Assembly (NCBI GenBank): GCA_049670545.1
Contig: JBATTM010000090.1
Coordinates: 1-41,483 of the forward strand
Length of the DNA stretch: 41,483 nt
Direction of reading: 5' to 3'
From: Polyangiales bacterium
GTDB lineage: Bacteria > Myxococcota_A > Polyangia > Polyangiales > Houyiibacteriaceae
The notes under the pieces are model-generated. The model made no database searches. It was not told the DNA's origin and worked only from the letters and a program-made list of their open reading frames with translations. Positions 7,989 to 17,088 of this stretch are shown one piece after another (positions within the stretch are counted from its first letter, which is position 1; each line of letters opens with the position of its first letter). Position numbers and translations under genes: made by a program.

Positions 7989-9196
7989 GTCACCCCCCGA
8001 AGGGACTCCCCTTGCGGGATACGGGCCAAGACAGCCTCGCGAAGTCGGTCGCGTGTCGAAGAATGCCGCACCTCGTCGACGATCTCTTCGATGAACGCAT
8101 AGATGAGCATTGCCCGCGCCAACTCTTCGGGAACACCACGGGCACGCAGGTAGAACATCTGATCGCTGTCGAGAGCGCCGACCGTAGCGCCGTGGCTGCA
8201 AACCACGTCGTCGGCGTCGATCTCGAGGTGAGGCTTCGTATGGACGGTGGCTGCCTCGGACAACAGCAGGTTGCGGTTCTCCTGATGCGCTTCTGTCTTC
8301 TGCGCGTCGCGATGGACGACCACGATGCCATCGAATACGGCCGTGCCACGGTCGTTTGCAATGCCGCGGTACGTCTGCGCGCTTCGGCAATGGGGCGCCT
8401 CATGCTCAACGAGCGTGTGATGGTCGACGTGGTCTGCGCCGTCGACCAGGTACGCGCCGTCGAGCTGGCACTCGGCGCCGCGGCCCTGCAACCGCGCACG
8501 AACGTCGCAGCGCAGCAACGCGCCACCAAGAGTCACGACGACCGATCGGTAGCGGCTGTCTGCATCCTGACGAACATCGACCTTGCCCACCTGCAGCCCA
8601 CGGTTCTCGTGAACGCGAACGTGGTCGACGATCGCATTGGTACCGATGTCGATTTCGACCAATGAGTTGGTCATCGCGTCGGGCACGCCACCTCGATACG
8701 ACTCGATCAACGTCGCCTGGCTGCCACGGTCCGCGGTCACGAGCAAACGTGGATAGTCGACTCGAGGCCCCTCGCCGCTCGGGAACTGATGCTGAAGCTC
8801 GAGCGGGGTCTCAATCACGGCATTCGCATGGATGTGGACCCAGAGACCATCCTCAAACAGTGCGGTGTTCAACGCGGCGAAGTGTTCGGCGTCGTATTGA
8901 CCGAGGCGTCCTTCGAGCAGATGGGGCTCCTTGTCGAGAACTTCGCGGAGGCTTCGCACGGTCACCCCTTCGGGCACCTCCGACAACAAGCGTGGCGCGG
9001 AGGAGGGCTCAAGGACGAACGAGCGCTCGACGAACGAACGCACCGGCGTGAATCGCCACGCCTCGGTCTTCTTCGTGGGCAGACCAAGATCACGAAGGGT
9101 ATCCGCGGCACGCGTGCGAATCGAGCGCAGCCATGCGGGCCCCGTGTCGAACACGGTCGGAATACTCTCGAGAAGCTTCTGAGGTGCTTGCGTCAC
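7985..9196 (-). CDS. sufD: Fe-S cluster assembly protein SufD
   Basis: 403 aa, positioned between sufC and sufS. The C-terminal beta-helix blocks resemble SufB (…LLLSEAATVHTKPHLEIDADDVVCSHGATVGALDSDQMFYLRARG…). GTG start overlaps the sufC stop (GTGA). Confidence 0.85.
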   Translation of the reverse strand: MTQAPQKLLESIPTVFDTGPAWLRSIRTRAADTLRDLGLPTKKTEAWRFTPVRSFVERSFVLEPSSAPRLLSEVPEGVTVRSLREVLDKEPHLLEGRLGQYDAEHFAALNTALFEDGLWVHIHANAVIETPLELQHQFPSGEGPRVDYPRLLVTADRGSQATLIESYRGGVPDAMTNSLVEIDIGTNAIVDHVRVHENRGLQVGKVDVRQDADSRYRSVVVTLGGALLRCDVRARLQGRGAECQLDGAYLVDGADHVDHHTLVEHEAPHCRSAQTYRGIANDRGTAVFDGIVVVHRDAQKTEAHQENRNLLLSEAATVHTKPHLEIDADDVVCSHGATVGALDSDQMFYLRARGVPEELARAMLIYAFIEEIVDEVRHSSTRDRLREAVLARIPQGESLRGVT

Positions 9197-9945
9197 GGCT
9201 GCATCGCGTTCCGGGCGTCGCTGTACCCGCCGGCCTCGAGCTCTTTGGCGAGCTCCTTCGTGCCGGTCTGCACAATCTGCCCGTCGATGAGGACGTGGAC
9301 CACGTCGGGGACGATGTAGTCCAGCAGACGTTGGTAGTGGGTGATCACCAGCATCGAACGTTCCGGGCTTCGGAGGCTATTCACACCCTCTGCGACCACC
9401 TTGAGGGCGTCGATGTCGAGCCCTGAGTCGGTCTCGTCGAGCACCGCGAGGGTGGGCTCGAGCATGGCCATCTGAAAAATTTCGTTCCGCTTCTTCTCGC
9501 CCCCGCTGAAGCCGTCGTTGACGGAGCGCTTGGTCAGCTCGTCGGGCAGTTGCACGATCGCTGCCTTCTCTTTCGAGAGCTTCATGAAATCGATCGCGTC
9601 GAGGGGGTCCTCACCTCGATGCTTTCGCATGGCATTGAGCGCGGCCTTCAAGAAATAGATGTTGCTCACACCCGGAATCGCAACCGGATACTGGAAGCCG
9701 AGAAACACACCCTCCGCCGCGCGGATCTCCGGCGCCATCTCGAGCAAGTCCTCGCCCTTGTAGATCACGCGGCCTCGCGTCACCTCGTACCCTTCGCGCC
9801 CAGCCAGCACGTACGCCAGAGTGCTCTTCCCCGAACCGTTCGGACCCATGACCGCATGGACCTCGCCTGCTTGAATCTCGAGATTGATCCCCTTGAGGAT
9901 TGCCTTGCCGTCGACTTCGACGTGCAGGTCTTCGATCGTCAACAT
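9193..9945 (-). CDS. sufC: Fe-S cluster assembly ATPase SufC
   Basis: 250 aa. It has Walker A GPNGSGKST, the ABC signature FSGGEKKR and Walker B LAVLDETDSGLD. The start overlaps the sufB stop. Confidence 0.95.
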   Translation of the reverse strand: MLTIEDLHVEVDGKAILKGINLEIQAGEVHAVMGPNGSGKSTLAYVLAGREGYEVTRGRVIYKGEDLLEMAPEIRAAEGVFLGFQYPVAIPGVSNIYFLKAALNAMRKHRGEDPLDAIDFMKLSKEKAAIVQLPDELTKRSVNDGFSGGEKKRNEIFQMAMLEPTLAVLDETDSGLDIDALKVVAEGVNSLRSPERSMLVITHYQRLLDYIVPDVVHVLIDGQIVQTGTKELAKELEAGGYSDARNAMQP

Positions 9946-11393
9946 CAGCCGACTGCTCCTTCCAAACTCACTCCAAGCAACTTCTGCGCCTCGACGGCAA
10001 ACTCCATCGGCAGCTCCTTCAGCACTTGCTTCGCAAAGCCATTTACGATCAAGCTGACCGCATCTTCTTCGGAGAGCCCACGCTGCCGACAGTAGAACAA
10101 CTGATCTTCACCGATCCGGGAAGTCGTGGCCTCGTGCTCGAGCTTCGAGGTGCTGTTGCGAACGTCTACGTAGGGAACCGTATGGGCTCCGCACTTGTCG
10201 CCGATCAAAAGTGAATCGCACTGCGTGTAGTTCCGTGCGTTGCTCGCACCGCGGGAGATCTTGACTCCGCCACGATACGTCTGCTGACCGTGACCCGCAC
10301 TGATTCCCTTGGAGATGATGGTCGAACGAGTGTTCTTACCAAGATGGATCATCTTGGTGCCCGTGTCGGCTTGCTGACGGTGATTGCTCAGCGCGACCGA
10401 GTAAAATTCTCCGATCGAATCGTCACCCTTGAGAATGCAACTCGGGTACTTCCAGGTGATCGCAGAGCCGGTCTCGACCTGGGTCCAGCTGATCTTGGAC
10501 CGGGCGCCTTCGCATAGGCCGCGCTTCGTGACGAAGTTGAAGATGCCACCCTTTCCGTTCTCGTCGCCGGGGTACCAGTTTTGCACGGTCGAGTACTTGA
10601 TCTGGGCGTCGTCGTGGGTGACGAGCTCGACGACGGCAGCGTGGAGCTGATTCTCGTCGCGCATGGGTGCTGTGCACCCCTCGAGGTAGCTCACGTAGCT
10701 TCCCTCATCGGCGATGATGAGCGTGCGTTCGAACTGCCCCGTATTGGCGGCGTTGATACGGAAGTAGGTCGATAGCTCCATCGGGCAACGCACGCCCTTC
10801 GGAATGTAGACGAACGAACCGTCGCTAAAGACCGCGCTGTTCAGCGCCGAGAAGAAGTTGTCGGCAACGGGAACGACCGACCCGAGGTACTTGCGCACCA
10901 GCTCCGGATGCTCCTGAACCGCCTCGGAGAACGACATGAAGATGACGCCGACCTCGGCCAGCTTGCTGCGGAACGTGGTGGCGACGGACACACTGTCGAA
11001 TACGGCATCGACCGCGACGCCCGCCAGCACTTCGCGCTCGTGCAGCGGGATGCCGAGCTTCTCGTAGGTCGCGAGGAGCTCCGGATCGACCTCGTCGAGG
11101 CTCTTGGGCGCGTCGTCCTTCGACTTGGGTGCCGCGTAGTAACAGATGTCCTGGTAGTTGATCTCGGGGTAGCTCACCTTGGCCCAACGGGGCTCCGTCA
11201 TCTTGAGCCAATGGCGATAGGCCTTGAGTCGCCAGTCGAGGAGCCATTGCGGCTCGTTCTTCTTCTTCGAGATGAACGCAACGATTTCCTCACTCAGCCC
11301 AGGCGGCGCGTACTCCTGCTCGATGTCGGTGACGAAACCGGCGTCGTAGCGTTTGCTGAGGATCTCATCGATGGGTTCGGTCGCTGTCGACAT
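9945..11393 (-). CDS. sufB: Fe-S cluster assembly scaffold SufB
   Basis: Trimmed to the ATG at 11393 ([20 protein letters not shown]…) with GGAG SD. Typical SufB blocks are present (…[11 protein letters not shown]…FNFVTKRG…[26 protein letters not shown]…). Confidence 0.95.
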   Translation of the reverse strand: MSTATEPIDEILSKRYDAGFVTDIEQEYAPPGLSEEIVAFISKKKNEPQWLLDWRLKAYRHWLKMTEPRWAKVSYPEINYQDICYYAAPKSKDDAPKSLDEVDPELLATYEKLGIPLHEREVLAGVAVDAVFDSVSVATTFRSKLAEVGVIFMSFSEAVQEHPELVRKYLGSVVPVADNFFSALNSAVFSDGSFVYIPKGVRCPMELSTYFRINAANTGQFERTLIIADEGSYVSYLEGCTAPMRDENQLHAAVVELVTHDDAQIKYSTVQNWYPGDENGKGGIFNFVTKRGLCEGARSKISWTQVETGSAITWKYPSCILKGDDSIGEFYSVALSNHRQQADTGTKMIHLGKNTRSTIISKGISAGHGQQTYRGGVKISRGASNARNYTQCDSLLIGDKCGAHTVPYVDVRNSTSKLEHEATTSRIGEDQLFYCRQRGLSEEDAVSLIVNGFAKQVLKELPMEFAVEAQKLLGVSLEGAVG

Positions 11394-11406
11394 AGTCACT
11401 CCAAAT

Positions 11407-11898
11407 TCATTGCACGTCGTGCCCAGCAGGATCCTGGGTGCGGGCGCTATTTGCTTCTGCGGCCGAGCGTGTGAGCGTGACCAACGCATCGCTGACAGGC
11501 AATGCCATGTCCGCAAGCGTGATCACGGAGAGCGCCTGGTGGACTGCAACGTTGATTCGCTGCCAGTTCGCCCGGACGCCGCAATTGGTTTCGTACTCGC
11601 AAAGAGAGTCAGCGGTTTCGTCCGAGCACTCCGTCACGGCGATCGGGCCTTCGATCGCTTCGATCACCTCGTGGATGCCGATCTGCTGCGGGGGTCGGGC
11701 CAGCGTGTATCCACCCTTGGCGCCTCGTTGGGAAGCGACGACCCCAGCTCGGCCGAGCTGCTTGAGGACCTTGCTGGTCGTGGGCTCGGGGATCTGCGTT
11801 TGCACAGCGAGGTCGCGAGCAGCATGAGGCCCCCGCGTGGCGGCCAGATGGGTGGCCAGCACAACTGCGTAATCCGTCATTTTGGAAATTCGCAGCAT
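11407..11898 (-). CDS. Rrf2-family (IscR/NsrR-like) transcriptional regulator, likely suf operon regulator
   Basis: [18 protein letters not shown]…[29 protein letters not shown] is the Rrf2 winged-HTH. The Cys triad [16 protein letters not shown] could ligate an Fe-S cluster. The ORF track begins at TTG 11904; the ATG at 11898 is preferred. Confidence 0.85.
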   Translation of the reverse strand: MLRISKMTDYAVVLATHLAATRGPHAARDLAVQTQIPEPTTSKVLKQLGRAGVVASQRGAKGGYTLARPPQQIGIHEVIEAIEGPIAVTECSDETADSLCEYETNCGVRANWQRINVAVHQALSVITLADMALPVSDALVTLTRSAAEANSARTQDPAGHDVQ

Positions 11899-11916
11899 TT
11901 TCAATATCTTGAATAA

Positions 11917-11933
11917 AGGACTGTTTCGGTCCT
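11917..11933. promoter_or_regulatory. inverted repeat AGGAC-N7-GTCCT, candidate operator between the -10 element and the Rrf2 start codon
   Basis: Perfect 5-bp arms (11917-11921 and 11929-11933) sit inside the only AT-rich patch of the region, directly downstream of the predicted -10. Confidence 0.4.
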
Positions 11934-11940
11934 ATATGCG

Positions 11941-11969
11941 GATCTAGGGTATCCACCAAAGGGTGTCAA
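11941..11969 (-). promoter_or_regulatory. sigma70-like promoter of the Rrf2-suf operon
   Basis: The minus strand reads TTGACA (11969-11964), a 17-nt spacer, then TAGATC (11946-11941), about 40 nt upstream of the Rrf2 start. Confidence 0.45.
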
Positions 11970-12020
11970 GCATGCCCCGACCCCCGCGAAGGTCGTCTTC
12001 GATGCCGCGCACGACGCGCG

Positions 12021-12956
12021 TTAGCGCTGGCGCGCCGGCACCATCAACACGGGCACCCGGGCGATGCGCAGCGCCCGCGTCGCGGTACTGCCGACGAGCA
12101 GCCGTCCAAGCACCGTTTGATGTTGGGTTCCAACGACCAGAATGTCGGCCTGCACCATGACGGCAGCGTCACACAACGCGTGCGAGGGATAGTCCGGCGA
12201 CACGACCTGATGATGCGCGGCCCCGGGCGCGTGCTCGTCGACGTACGCGACCAACCTCTTGCCCGCCACGAGCTTGGACTGATCGCGAAGGACTTGTCGC
12301 CATGTCCGTTCTTCATCCGGTTTCTCTTCGCCCCCGGCCGGAATGACGACGTTGGCAATGTGCAGCGTGCCTCGAACGCGTGCGACGGCGCGCTTCGCCC
12401 AAGACACCGCCGCAAGGGAAGACTCCGAGAAATCCGTCCCCACGAGCCACGTGGTGCCCTCGAGCGCGTCGGGAATTTCACTCTCTCCCGTGGCCACGAG
12501 TACGGGTCGATCGGCCGCGCGGATCACACGATCTGCGGTTGCGCCGAGCACGCGCTCGGTCACGCCCGCCCGGTCCACCGCGCGCTTGCCCCCCGAGCCG
12601 AATGCGCCGATGACGATCAGAAAGCTCGATCGTTCTTGCGCCACCTCGGGGATCAACCTCCATGGCCTGCCGCGAATCACCGACGCCTCGCATTCGACGC
12701 CCGCTTCGGTGCAGCGCCGTTGCACCTCATCGAGCTTGCGCTCGAGCGTCGCCTCGTACTCCGTCGCTTGCGCGCGTGCCTTGTCGGCAACTTCCTCGAG
12801 CTCTGGTGCCTCGGGCCACCAGGAATCCGCGTCATCGATCACATGGATCAAATCGAGGCGCGCCCCAAATGCCTTGGCGGTTGCCACGCCCAGTTGGACG
12901 ACTCGATCGCCATGCTCGGTCAAATCAGTCGCGCAGAGAATGCTCGCTCCGGCCAT
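12021..12956 (-). CDS. universal stress protein, tandem USP domains
   Basis: Trimmed to the ATG at 12956 (MAGASILCATDLTEHGD…). Two USP-like halves each end in a G-x-G…GS(T/V) nucleotide-binding-like block (VIGAFGSGG…; VVGTQHQTVLGRLLVGSTATRALRIARVPVLMV). Confidence 0.8.
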   Translation of the reverse strand: MAGASILCATDLTEHGDRVVQLGVATAKAFGARLDLIHVIDDADSWWPEAPELEEVADKARAQATEYEATLERKLDEVQRRCTEAGVECEASVIRGRPWRLIPEVAQERSSFLIVIGAFGSGGKRAVDRAGVTERVLGATADRVIRAADRPVLVATGESEIPDALEGTTWLVGTDFSESSLAAVSWAKRAVARVRGTLHIANVVIPAGGEEKPDEERTWRQVLRDQSKLVAGKRLVAYVDEHAPGAAHHQVVSPDYPSHALCDAAVMVQADILVVGTQHQTVLGRLLVGSTATRALRIARVPVLMVPARQR

Positions 12957-13015
12957 GGGGGAAGCATAAACCAACCCGTTGGAGGCGCACATGGTCGGCG
13001 CTAGGCTTCGGATGA

Positions 13016-14215
13016 ATGACTGGCCTTCCCATCTATCTGGACCATCACGCGACCACGCCGGTGGACGACCGCGTATTGAACGCGATGTTGCCACACTTCC
13101 GCGAGCAATTCGGCAACGCGGCGAGCCGGGGTCACGCGTTTGGGAAGGCCGCACGCGATGCGGTCGACCAGAGTCGCGCAGAAGTTGCAGGACTCCTCGG
13201 ATGCGACCCGCGGGAGATCGTATTCACCTCGGGAGCGACCGAGAGCGACAATCTTGCGATCTCGGGCGTGGCGCGCGGTCGCCGGAAAGAAGGTGCACAC
13301 ATCGTCACGTTGCGCACGGAGCACAAGGCGGTCCTCGACACCTGCGCGGCGCTCGAACGTGAAGGGTGGCGCATCTCGTACCTCGACGTCGATGATCAAG
13401 GGCTCGTGTCGGTCGACGCGGTCGCCGCCGCGCTCACCGAAGAGACCGTGTTGATCAGCGTGATGTTGGCGAACAACGAGATCGGCGTGGCGCAGCCGAT
13501 CGCGGAGATCGGTGCGGTTGCCCGCGACCACGGTGTGCTGTTCCACTGTGACGCGGCCCAGGGGCTCGGCTATCTTCCGCTCTCGACGCGGGATGTCGAC
13601 CTCGTCAGCATCTCTGGGCACAAGATGTATGCGCCCAAAGGCGTGGGCGCCCTCTACGTCCGCAGCTCCGTGGCCGAGCAAGGAATCCCCGCGCCGCAGA
13701 TTCATGGCGGAGGCCACGAGGGAGGAATGCGGTCCGGGACGCTCAACGTTCCTGGCATCGTCGGATTGGGCGCCGCGGCTGCAATCATGGCGAACGAAGG
13801 CTCCGAAGAGGCTGTCCGCATCGCCCGGTTGCGAGACAGCCTTCGCGATCGGCTGCTGGGCGAGATCCCCGAGACAAGACTCAACGGTGCCGCGGCGCCG
13901 CGCCATCCTGGGAACCTCAACATGTCGTTTCGGTACGTCGATGGGGCGACCTTGCTGCTCGAGCTCGCCGACCACGTGGCCGTCTCGAGTGGAGCCGCGT
14001 GCAGCAGCGCGACCGCGGGGCCGAGTTACGTGCTCGGGGCCCTCGGAGTCCCTCCGGAAGAAGCCACCGCGTCGGTTCGCTTTGGTCTCGGGCGCACGAC
14101 GACGACACGGGACGTCGAGCTCGCTGGCGATGCCGTCATCGAGATCGTGGGCAGATTGCGGAGCCGATCTCCCTTGTGGCGACGCAGAACCCAGGAAAAA
14201 CCCATCGATTGGTGA
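13016..14215 (+). CDS. cysteine desulfurase, group I (IscS/NifS-like)
   Basis: 399 aa. It starts MTGLPIYLDHHATTPVD, has the PLP-Lys block SISGHKMYAPKGVGALYVR and the catalytic loop VSSGAACSS. Confidence 0.9.
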   Translation: MTGLPIYLDHHATTPVDDRVLNAMLPHFREQFGNAASRGHAFGKAARDAVDQSRAEVAGLLGCDPREIVFTSGATESDNLAISGVARGRRKEGAHIVTLRTEHKAVLDTCAALEREGWRISYLDVDDQGLVSVDAVAAALTEETVLISVMLANNEIGVAQPIAEIGAVARDHGVLFHCDAAQGLGYLPLSTRDVDLVSISGHKMYAPKGVGALYVRSSVAEQGIPAPQIHGGGHEGGMRSGTLNVPGIVGLGAAAAIMANEGSEEAVRIARLRDSLRDRLLGEIPETRLNGAAAPRHPGNLNMSFRYVDGATLLLELADHVAVSSGAACSSATAGPSYVLGALGVPPEEATASVRFGLGRTTTTRDVELAGDAVIEIVGRLRSRSPLWRRRTQEKPIDW

Positions 14216-14269
14216 AGCCCGAAGGGGCCAGCCTGGCGGAAGGCCCGATCCCGCCTTAAGTAGAGAGAG

Positions 14270-14614
14270 ATGAATGAAGTCGGACAGATCAACCTGACGC
14301 CCAGAGCCGTCGAGATGGCCAAGCTGAAAGTCGCGGACGCGGACGAGCCTGTCGAGGGCCTGCGACTTGGCGTCAAAGGCGGTGGCTGCTCGGGTTACTA
14401 CTACGTCTATGACTTCGCCAAGAAGATTCGACCGAACAAGGATCTGGTCTTCGAGTTCGACGGTCTCAAGGTCGTCGTCGACAATCGAAGCATCGAGTTC
14501 CTCGCAGGCGCTGTGCTCGATTGGGAGCAGAGCCTGATGAGCTACGGGTTCAAGTGGAAGAACCCCAAGGCAACCGGCGACTGCGGTTGCGGCGAGTCGT
14601 TTCAGGTCGGCTAG
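14270..14614 (+). CDS. A-type Fe-S cluster carrier (IscA/HesB/ErpA family)
   Basis: 114 aa. It has GLRLGVKGGGCSGYYY and the C-terminal CGCGESF, the three conserved Cys of A-type carriers. Confidence 0.9.
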   Translation: MNEVGQINLTPRAVEMAKLKVADADEPVEGLRLGVKGGGCSGYYYVYDFAKKIRPNKDLVFEFDGLKVVVDNRSIEFLAGAVLDWEQSLMSYGFKWKNPKATGDCGCGESFQVG

Positions 14615-15843
14615 AACCCGTCGGTCGCCGGGACCGGAATCGGCGTCGGGGAACTCTCATACACCGCGAGCTCCAAGGCTGAGCACTCGTCCGGGAGGAG
14701 GTCGGCAGCATTCACCTCGACACTACGGCAACAGCGGTCGAACGCTGGCTGCAGTCCTTCGGTGGGTGCGACCACACACGGATCGGGGATTGGAAGCGTG
14801 CCCGGTGCCGCGACCTCGCCCATCTTCGCAGGCATCCCCTCAAACGTGAATGAGACACCCATCGAGGTGCACGGGTCTCCCGGGCTCGGGGTCTCGTTCG
14901 CGCCGCGGAGGTCGAGGTTGTCCGTGAGGAGTGCCACGATGCTCTCTTGAAAACTCTCCTCGCAGATGCCGAGCGGCTTCAGCGTCGCTGCCAGGCTGTC
15001 GGCCGTTGCGCGACCCGCGATCAGTCCCTTCGCGAGCGACTGCCCATCCTCGCTGAGGTCAGCGATCAGAAAGCCATCGATGGCCAGCGAAAGGCTCCCG
15101 GGCCCGGTAGGAAAGACCAACGGGTTCGACGCATCGATCGGAAGTACGATCCGCCCCTTGGACACATAGGCATCGATCGCACGCACCTTCGGGTGGTCCA
15201 GGTCATCTTGTTCGACGCTCTTGGGGTCGACGAAAAACGTGTCTTCACCGTCCCATGCGGGATCGGCCGCGTCGCGCGGGGCGCCCTTGGAAGCGAGCAG
15301 GGATACGCCTTCGGTTCCTCCCCACCTCGGCTCCGACACATCGGTCTCGGAAGTCCCATCGACCGAGGTCCACAACGACACTTCGACCGCGGCGTCATTC
15401 GAGGTGCCGTTCCATCCGCGGATCCCAAGAAGGAGCGTTCCAAGACCGCGCCCTTGATTGAGAGCGATGTCGTCCTCCATGCATGCGATGAGGCTGACCA
15501 GCGCTGGAAGCACATGCTGTCCGAACGAGTTGTCGATTCCCTTCTCTCCATCGAGCTGCGGCCGACCGTTCGCCGCCAGACACTCCGCGGCGTCGTCGAT
15601 CGAAGCGGTATCGACCCCGTCGAGGTCGAGGCCCAGGCGCATCCAACGTGCGCCCGTCTGATCGAGGGACACGCTGTAGAGTGCAAACGTCGCCTCGACG
15701 GCGTCGACGTCGGACGAGGTCGAGCTCGCAGGACGCGCTGGAAGCGTCGCTGACCCCTCGGCGATGAGGTCAGGATCGTACACGGTGCAGCCCCAGGCCA
15801 GGGTCAGTCCCGCGATGAGAAGCGCTCGAGATGCAGTCGTCAT
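14611..15843 (-). CDS. secreted lipoprotein of unknown function, paralogue family member 1
   Basis: 410 aa. Signal peptide plus lipobox LAWGC. It is alignable over its full length with the 18164..19453 product (shared blocks CxVYDP(D/E)LI, GLDLD, DG(E/D)KGIDNS(F/L)G, WNG..(N/D)DA.V, AYVS.GRIV.P, DRCC). Confidence 0.7.
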   Translation of the reverse strand: MTTASRALLIAGLTLAWGCTVYDPDLIAEGSATLPARPASSTSSDVDAVEATFALYSVSLDQTGARWMRLGLDLDGVDTASIDDAAECLAANGRPQLDGEKGIDNSFGQHVLPALVSLIACMEDDIALNQGRGLGTLLLGIRGWNGTSNDAAVEVSLWTSVDGTSETDVSEPRWGGTEGVSLLASKGAPRDAADPAWDGEDTFFVDPKSVEQDDLDHPKVRAIDAYVSKGRIVLPIDASNPLVFPTGPGSLSLAIDGFLIADLSEDGQSLAKGLIAGRATADSLAATLKPLGICEESFQESIVALLTDNLDLRGANETPSPGDPCTSMGVSFTFEGMPAKMGEVAAPGTLPIPDPCVVAPTEGLQPAFDRCCRSVEVNAADLLPDECSALELAVYESSPTPIPVPATDGF

Positions 15844-15924
15844 GTGGCAGATCCGGGCGTCCCCTCGGGCGCGCCTCGAAATACTGCTGCATCATAACAA
15901 TACCGTAGAGACAGATCCTCGTTC

Positions 15925-15940
15925 TGTGAGATCTCTCACA
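15925..15940. promoter_or_regulatory. CRP/FNR-family-type site TGTGA-N6-TCACA upstream of paralogue 1
   Basis: The sequence TGTGAGATCTCTCACA is a perfect match to both half-sites. It lies about 80 nt upstream of the ATG at 15843 and next to an AT-rich stretch (15880-15915) containing TATGAT on the minus strand. Confidence 0.4.
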
Positions 15941-16075
15941 ATGCTGTCCCCGCTACGGAGCCGTCTCACGAGCGACGAGAAGCTCGATCACGTCCAGGAG
16001 CCGGTGTGCTGTGCGATGGAATATCGTGGCCAGTACCATGCCAACAGGATGGCCCGCCCGCGTGTCCTCCAGGTT

Positions 16076-17071
16076 TCACCGAGTGAAACTCGCCGCAACT
16101 TCCTTCGGCGGATGACGCGACCACCACGCCGCCGCTGCGCTTCCAAGGATGCAATGGGTGATGGCTGAGAGCGCGCTCGGAATGGCGGTGAGCGGGTTCA
16201 CGAAGTGTGCCTGGGCAAGCACGGCGCCGAGGCCGGAGTTCTGCATTCCAACCTCGATCGAGATGGTGCGTGCCGCATTGCCGAAGCCTCCCGCGAGCCC
16301 GGCGATTACGTATCCGAGTACGAAGCCCGACAGATGAGCGACGACGATCGCGCCGATGAGCGCGAATCCGCTGTCGAGCACCGCGTCCTTCTGAACGCCG
16401 AGAATCGCCGAGACGATCAGAACGATCATGACAACCGCGGCAACAGGGGCAACGGGCAACAGCCGACGTGTGAACGTGGGCAGGTACCGACGCAGGAAAA
16501 GCCCGAGGGCGACCGGAAGCAGCACCACCTTGGCGGTACTGGCCAGGAGTCCGAGGGCATCGACGTCGACGCGATTCCCGACCAACCAAGTGGTCAGCAG
16601 CGGCGTGAACGCAGCGGCCAGCAGTGTGGAGAATGCGGTCATCGACACCGAGAGCGCGACGTCCGCTTTGGCCAGGTAGGCGATCACGTTGGAGGCGGTC
16701 CCGCCCGGGCAGCAACACACGAGAATGAGCCCCACCGCAAACGGGGTCGGCAGGTTGAACAGATACCCCGCCGAATAGCCGACCAAAGGCATGACGCTGT
16801 ATTGGAGAAGGACGCCCCAGAGGATCGGGGCCGGCGTGCGGGCGACGCGGGCGAAGTCTCCGAACTCGAGGGTCAGCCCCATTCCGAGCATGATCACCTG
16901 AAGGCCGGGCGTGACGAGTCCGTAGTCCAGAAACCAAGCGAACAGTGGCGGATGGACGAGCGCGGCACCACCGCCGACGGTGACCCAAAGGGGAAAGAGG
17001 CGGACGACCGCGTTCACGAGGCGGGTCGTAGCACAGCGCGAGAGCGGTGCGGGACGGGGATGCCCATCCAT
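16076..17071 (-). CDS. bile acid:Na+ symporter (BASS/SBF) family transporter
   Basis: 331 aa and polytopic. It carries the SBF block GLILVCCCPGGTASNVIAYLAKADVALSVSMT. Confidence 0.8.
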   Translation of the reverse strand: MDGHPRPAPLSRCATTRLVNAVVRLFPLWVTVGGGAALVHPPLFAWFLDYGLVTPGLQVIMLGMGLTLEFGDFARVARTPAPILWGVLLQYSVMPLVGYSAGYLFNLPTPFAVGLILVCCCPGGTASNVIAYLAKADVALSVSMTAFSTLLAAAFTPLLTTWLVGNRVDVDALGLLASTAKVVLLPVALGLFLRRYLPTFTRRLLPVAPVAAVVMIVLIVSAILGVQKDAVLDSGFALIGAIVVAHLSGFVLGYVIAGLAGGFGNAARTISIEVGMQNSGLGAVLAQAHFVNPLTAIPSALSAITHCILGSAAAAWWSRHPPKEVAASFTR

Positions 17072-17088
17072 GCTACCAATGGCCGCTC

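Noticed and set aside
13001-13975. 324-aa minus-strand ORF and several others opposite the IscS-like gene; likewise 7032..8102, 8012..8665, 12117..13004, 16205..17140, 5783..6622, 36110..37006 and 36730..37518
   Set aside because: Each overlaps a gene with strong family motifs on the opposite strand or in another frame, has Arg/Pro/Gly-rich composition and lacks SD-supported starts.
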